Positions 62,796 to 64,000 of a stretch of 64,000 nt of DNA are shown piece after piece. Below the pieces are notes generated by a model. That model was given only the letters and a program-made list of their open reading frames with translations. It made no database searches and was not told the origin of the DNA. The stretch lies in NCBI GenBank assembly GCA_022710775.1, contig JAKLGH010000004.1, positions 9,277-73,276 on the forward strand, given 5' to 3'. Position 1 is the stretch's first letter, and every line of letters starts with the position of its first letter. The stretch is from Patescibacteria group bacterium. Lineage in GTDB: Bacteria; Patescibacteriota; Minisyncoccia; Minisyncoccales; UBA5738. The position numbers were made by a program, and so were the translations under genes.

Positions 62796-63113
62796 CAGCA
62801 GATCAAGAGAGCGATAGCTCATTTTTTAAAACTCATTATTGCCGTGCCAACCCTTTTCCACCGGTTTTAAGAAAGCCGTTTCCCAAAAGAGGCGGTTTTT
62901 ATTTTGCTAATTAAACATTTAGGATGGGTGAGAACGGAGTCGAAAATCGGAAATCCCAAGATTTGGCCGGAGCGCCGTCCGAATTTTTTTAAAGATAACC
63001 TCCAAGGCTTTTAGCCGCTGAGGATTTTTTTATCAGCCGTAACGGCCCCCCGGTTTTTCCGCCGGGTTGCATTTTTGGCGTAAAAGTGGCTAGTATGGGT
63101 TACGCGTATCAAT

Positions 63114-63629
63114 ATGAATATTACTTTGATAGGTATGCCCGGATCGGGAAAAACAGCCGTCGGGAAAGAGCTGGCCGCCATGCTTGATTACAAGCTTATC
63201 GATCCGGACCGGCTGATGGAGAAGAAATATTCCTGCCTGTTGCAGGCGTTTTTGGACAAGAACGGGGAAGAAAAATTTTTAAAAAAAGAAGAAGAGATCG
63301 CTATTGCGGCTGCAAAAGGAAAAAACAATTTGGTAATTTCTCCGGGAGGCAGTATTGTCTATTGCCCTAAAGCCATGGAATATTTTCAGGAAATCTCAAC
63401 CATTTTTTACCTTAAAACGCCTCTGGCGGTTATAGAAAAACGCATAGGAAACAGGGAGCGCGCGATAGTTGGTTTAAAGGAAAAAACGCTCGGATGCCTT
63501 TATGCCGAAAGGTCTCCCTTGTACGAGAAATGGGCCGAAGCGGCGATAGACGCGAATCGTGACGCAAAGTCGGTCGCGTTAGAGATTCTTGAGAAACTAA
63601 GATCAATTCATGGAGCTCAAAGGTTTTAA
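63114..63629 (+). CDS. aroK: Shikimate kinase
   Basis: MNITLIGMPGSGKTAVGKELA Walker A. 171 aa. Confidence 0.8.
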   Translation: MNITLIGMPGSGKTAVGKELAAMLDYKLIDPDRLMEKKYSCLLQAFLDKNGEEKFLKKEEEIAIAAAKGKNNLVISPGGSIVYCPKAMEYFQEISTIFYLKTPLAVIEKRIGNRERAIVGLKEKTLGCLYAERSPLYEKWAEAAIDANRDAKSVALEILEKLRSIHGAQRF

Positions 63630-64000
63630 CGAAAAAAAAATTCAAGAACGCGCGATCGCGATCCTTAGCTCCGGCCGGCCGGGCTGGGACATACCTCATA
63701 CCTTAGCTACGGTTTATTGGATGAAAGAGCTGTTGGCTGGCGAGGGCGGGGATGGCCCGGTCTTAATCTGTGCCGCTTACTTGCACGATATCGGATATTC
63801 CCAGGTTGAATTTGCCAACAATTGGGACGGAATCCATCAGGCTAAGAATGACCATATGGCTAAAGGAGCGGCAATGGCCGCCGGGCTCATCAAGGATCTT
63901 CCGCTAACCGAAGGACAGCAAAAAGAAATCGTCCATCTGGTCGAAGTGCATGACAAATTGGATATGCTTTCAACTAAAAACGAGATCCTTTTATTCGAGG
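63610..64000 (+). CDS. HD-domain phosphohydrolase (3' end outside window)
   Basis: ATG at 63610 overlaps the aroK end. AAYLHDIGY HD motif. Frame is open to the end of the window. Confidence 0.6.
   Translation, partial: MELKGFNEKKIQERAIAILSSGRPGWDIPHTLATVYWMKELLAGEGGDGPVLICAAYLHDIGYSQVEFANNWDGIHQAKNDHMAKGAAMAAGLIKDLPLTEGQQKEIVHLVEVHDKLDMLSTKNEILLFE

Noticed and set aside
62796-63113. 318-nt non-coding gap upstream of aroK as a riboswitch or remnant gene
   Set aside because: Only weak hairpins and a TTGCAT-18-TAGTAT promoter-like site are visible. There is no recognisable riboswitch consensus and no convincing degraded ORF.
1-64000. Alternative genetic code (UGA recoding, as in some CPR lineages)
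   Set aside because: All conserved genes (EF-G, EF-Tu, r-proteins, aaRSs) are full length and uninterrupted under the standard code, and several end at TGA where homologs end.

Overview
This 64-kb segment comes from a compact, moderately AT-rich bacterial genome read with the standard genetic code. By inference only, it resembles a Candidate Phyla Radiation (Patescibacteria-like) organism. The supporting traits are a ribosomal-protein superoperon with no rpmD (L30) between rpsE and rplO, many r-proteins carrying K/E/A-rich tails, shortened AlaRS and ProRS, an rpoA with no C-terminal domain, and many tiny membrane ORFs.

Layout:
- 0-7.7 kb: housekeeping genes (ppaC, uppP, a ComEC-like MBL protein, an Adk-like paralog, tRNA-Pro, rpmB, an M50 protease) plus a promoter/terminator-bounded candidate sRNA.
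- 7.9-25.6 kb: rpsL-rpsG-fusA-tuf-S10-spc block through secY-adk-map.
- 25.7-32.7 kb: a block interrupting the usual map-infA junction (GT2, galT, tpiA, DUF458, alaS, a 456-aa membrane protein).
- 32.9-37.4 kb: infA-rpmJ-rpsM-rpsK-rpsD-rpoA-rplQ-rplM-rpsI.
- 37.4-40.7 kb: accessory island of small minus-strand membrane ORFs plus a solitary Cas4-like nuclease.
- 40.8-46.8 kb: MFS transporter and a FecCD-type ABC importer with two tandem binding proteins.
- 47-57.9 kb: SPFH, PEGA/beta-propeller, Nudix, mreB, holB, frr, rseP, proS, a second mreB.
- 58.0-59.3 kb: a second small Cys-rich/membrane gene island.
- 59.5-64 kb: gatCA, three tRNAs, aroK and an HD-domain gene.

Most notable non-genic signals:
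- A recurrent element ending in CGGCAGCGGG sits just upstream of four promoters.
- A hairpin-plus-TTCGG-heptad element occurs twice inside the r-protein operons.
- A 3 x 46-nt tandem hairpin repeat follows rpsI.
- Inverted arrays of 9-bp-phased RCTTAAT heptamers flank the second island.

No CRISPR array, rRNA, transposase or integrase was seen. All protein assignments rest on motif recognition by eye, not on database searches. Hand-derived coordinates for non-coding features may be off by 1-2 nt.
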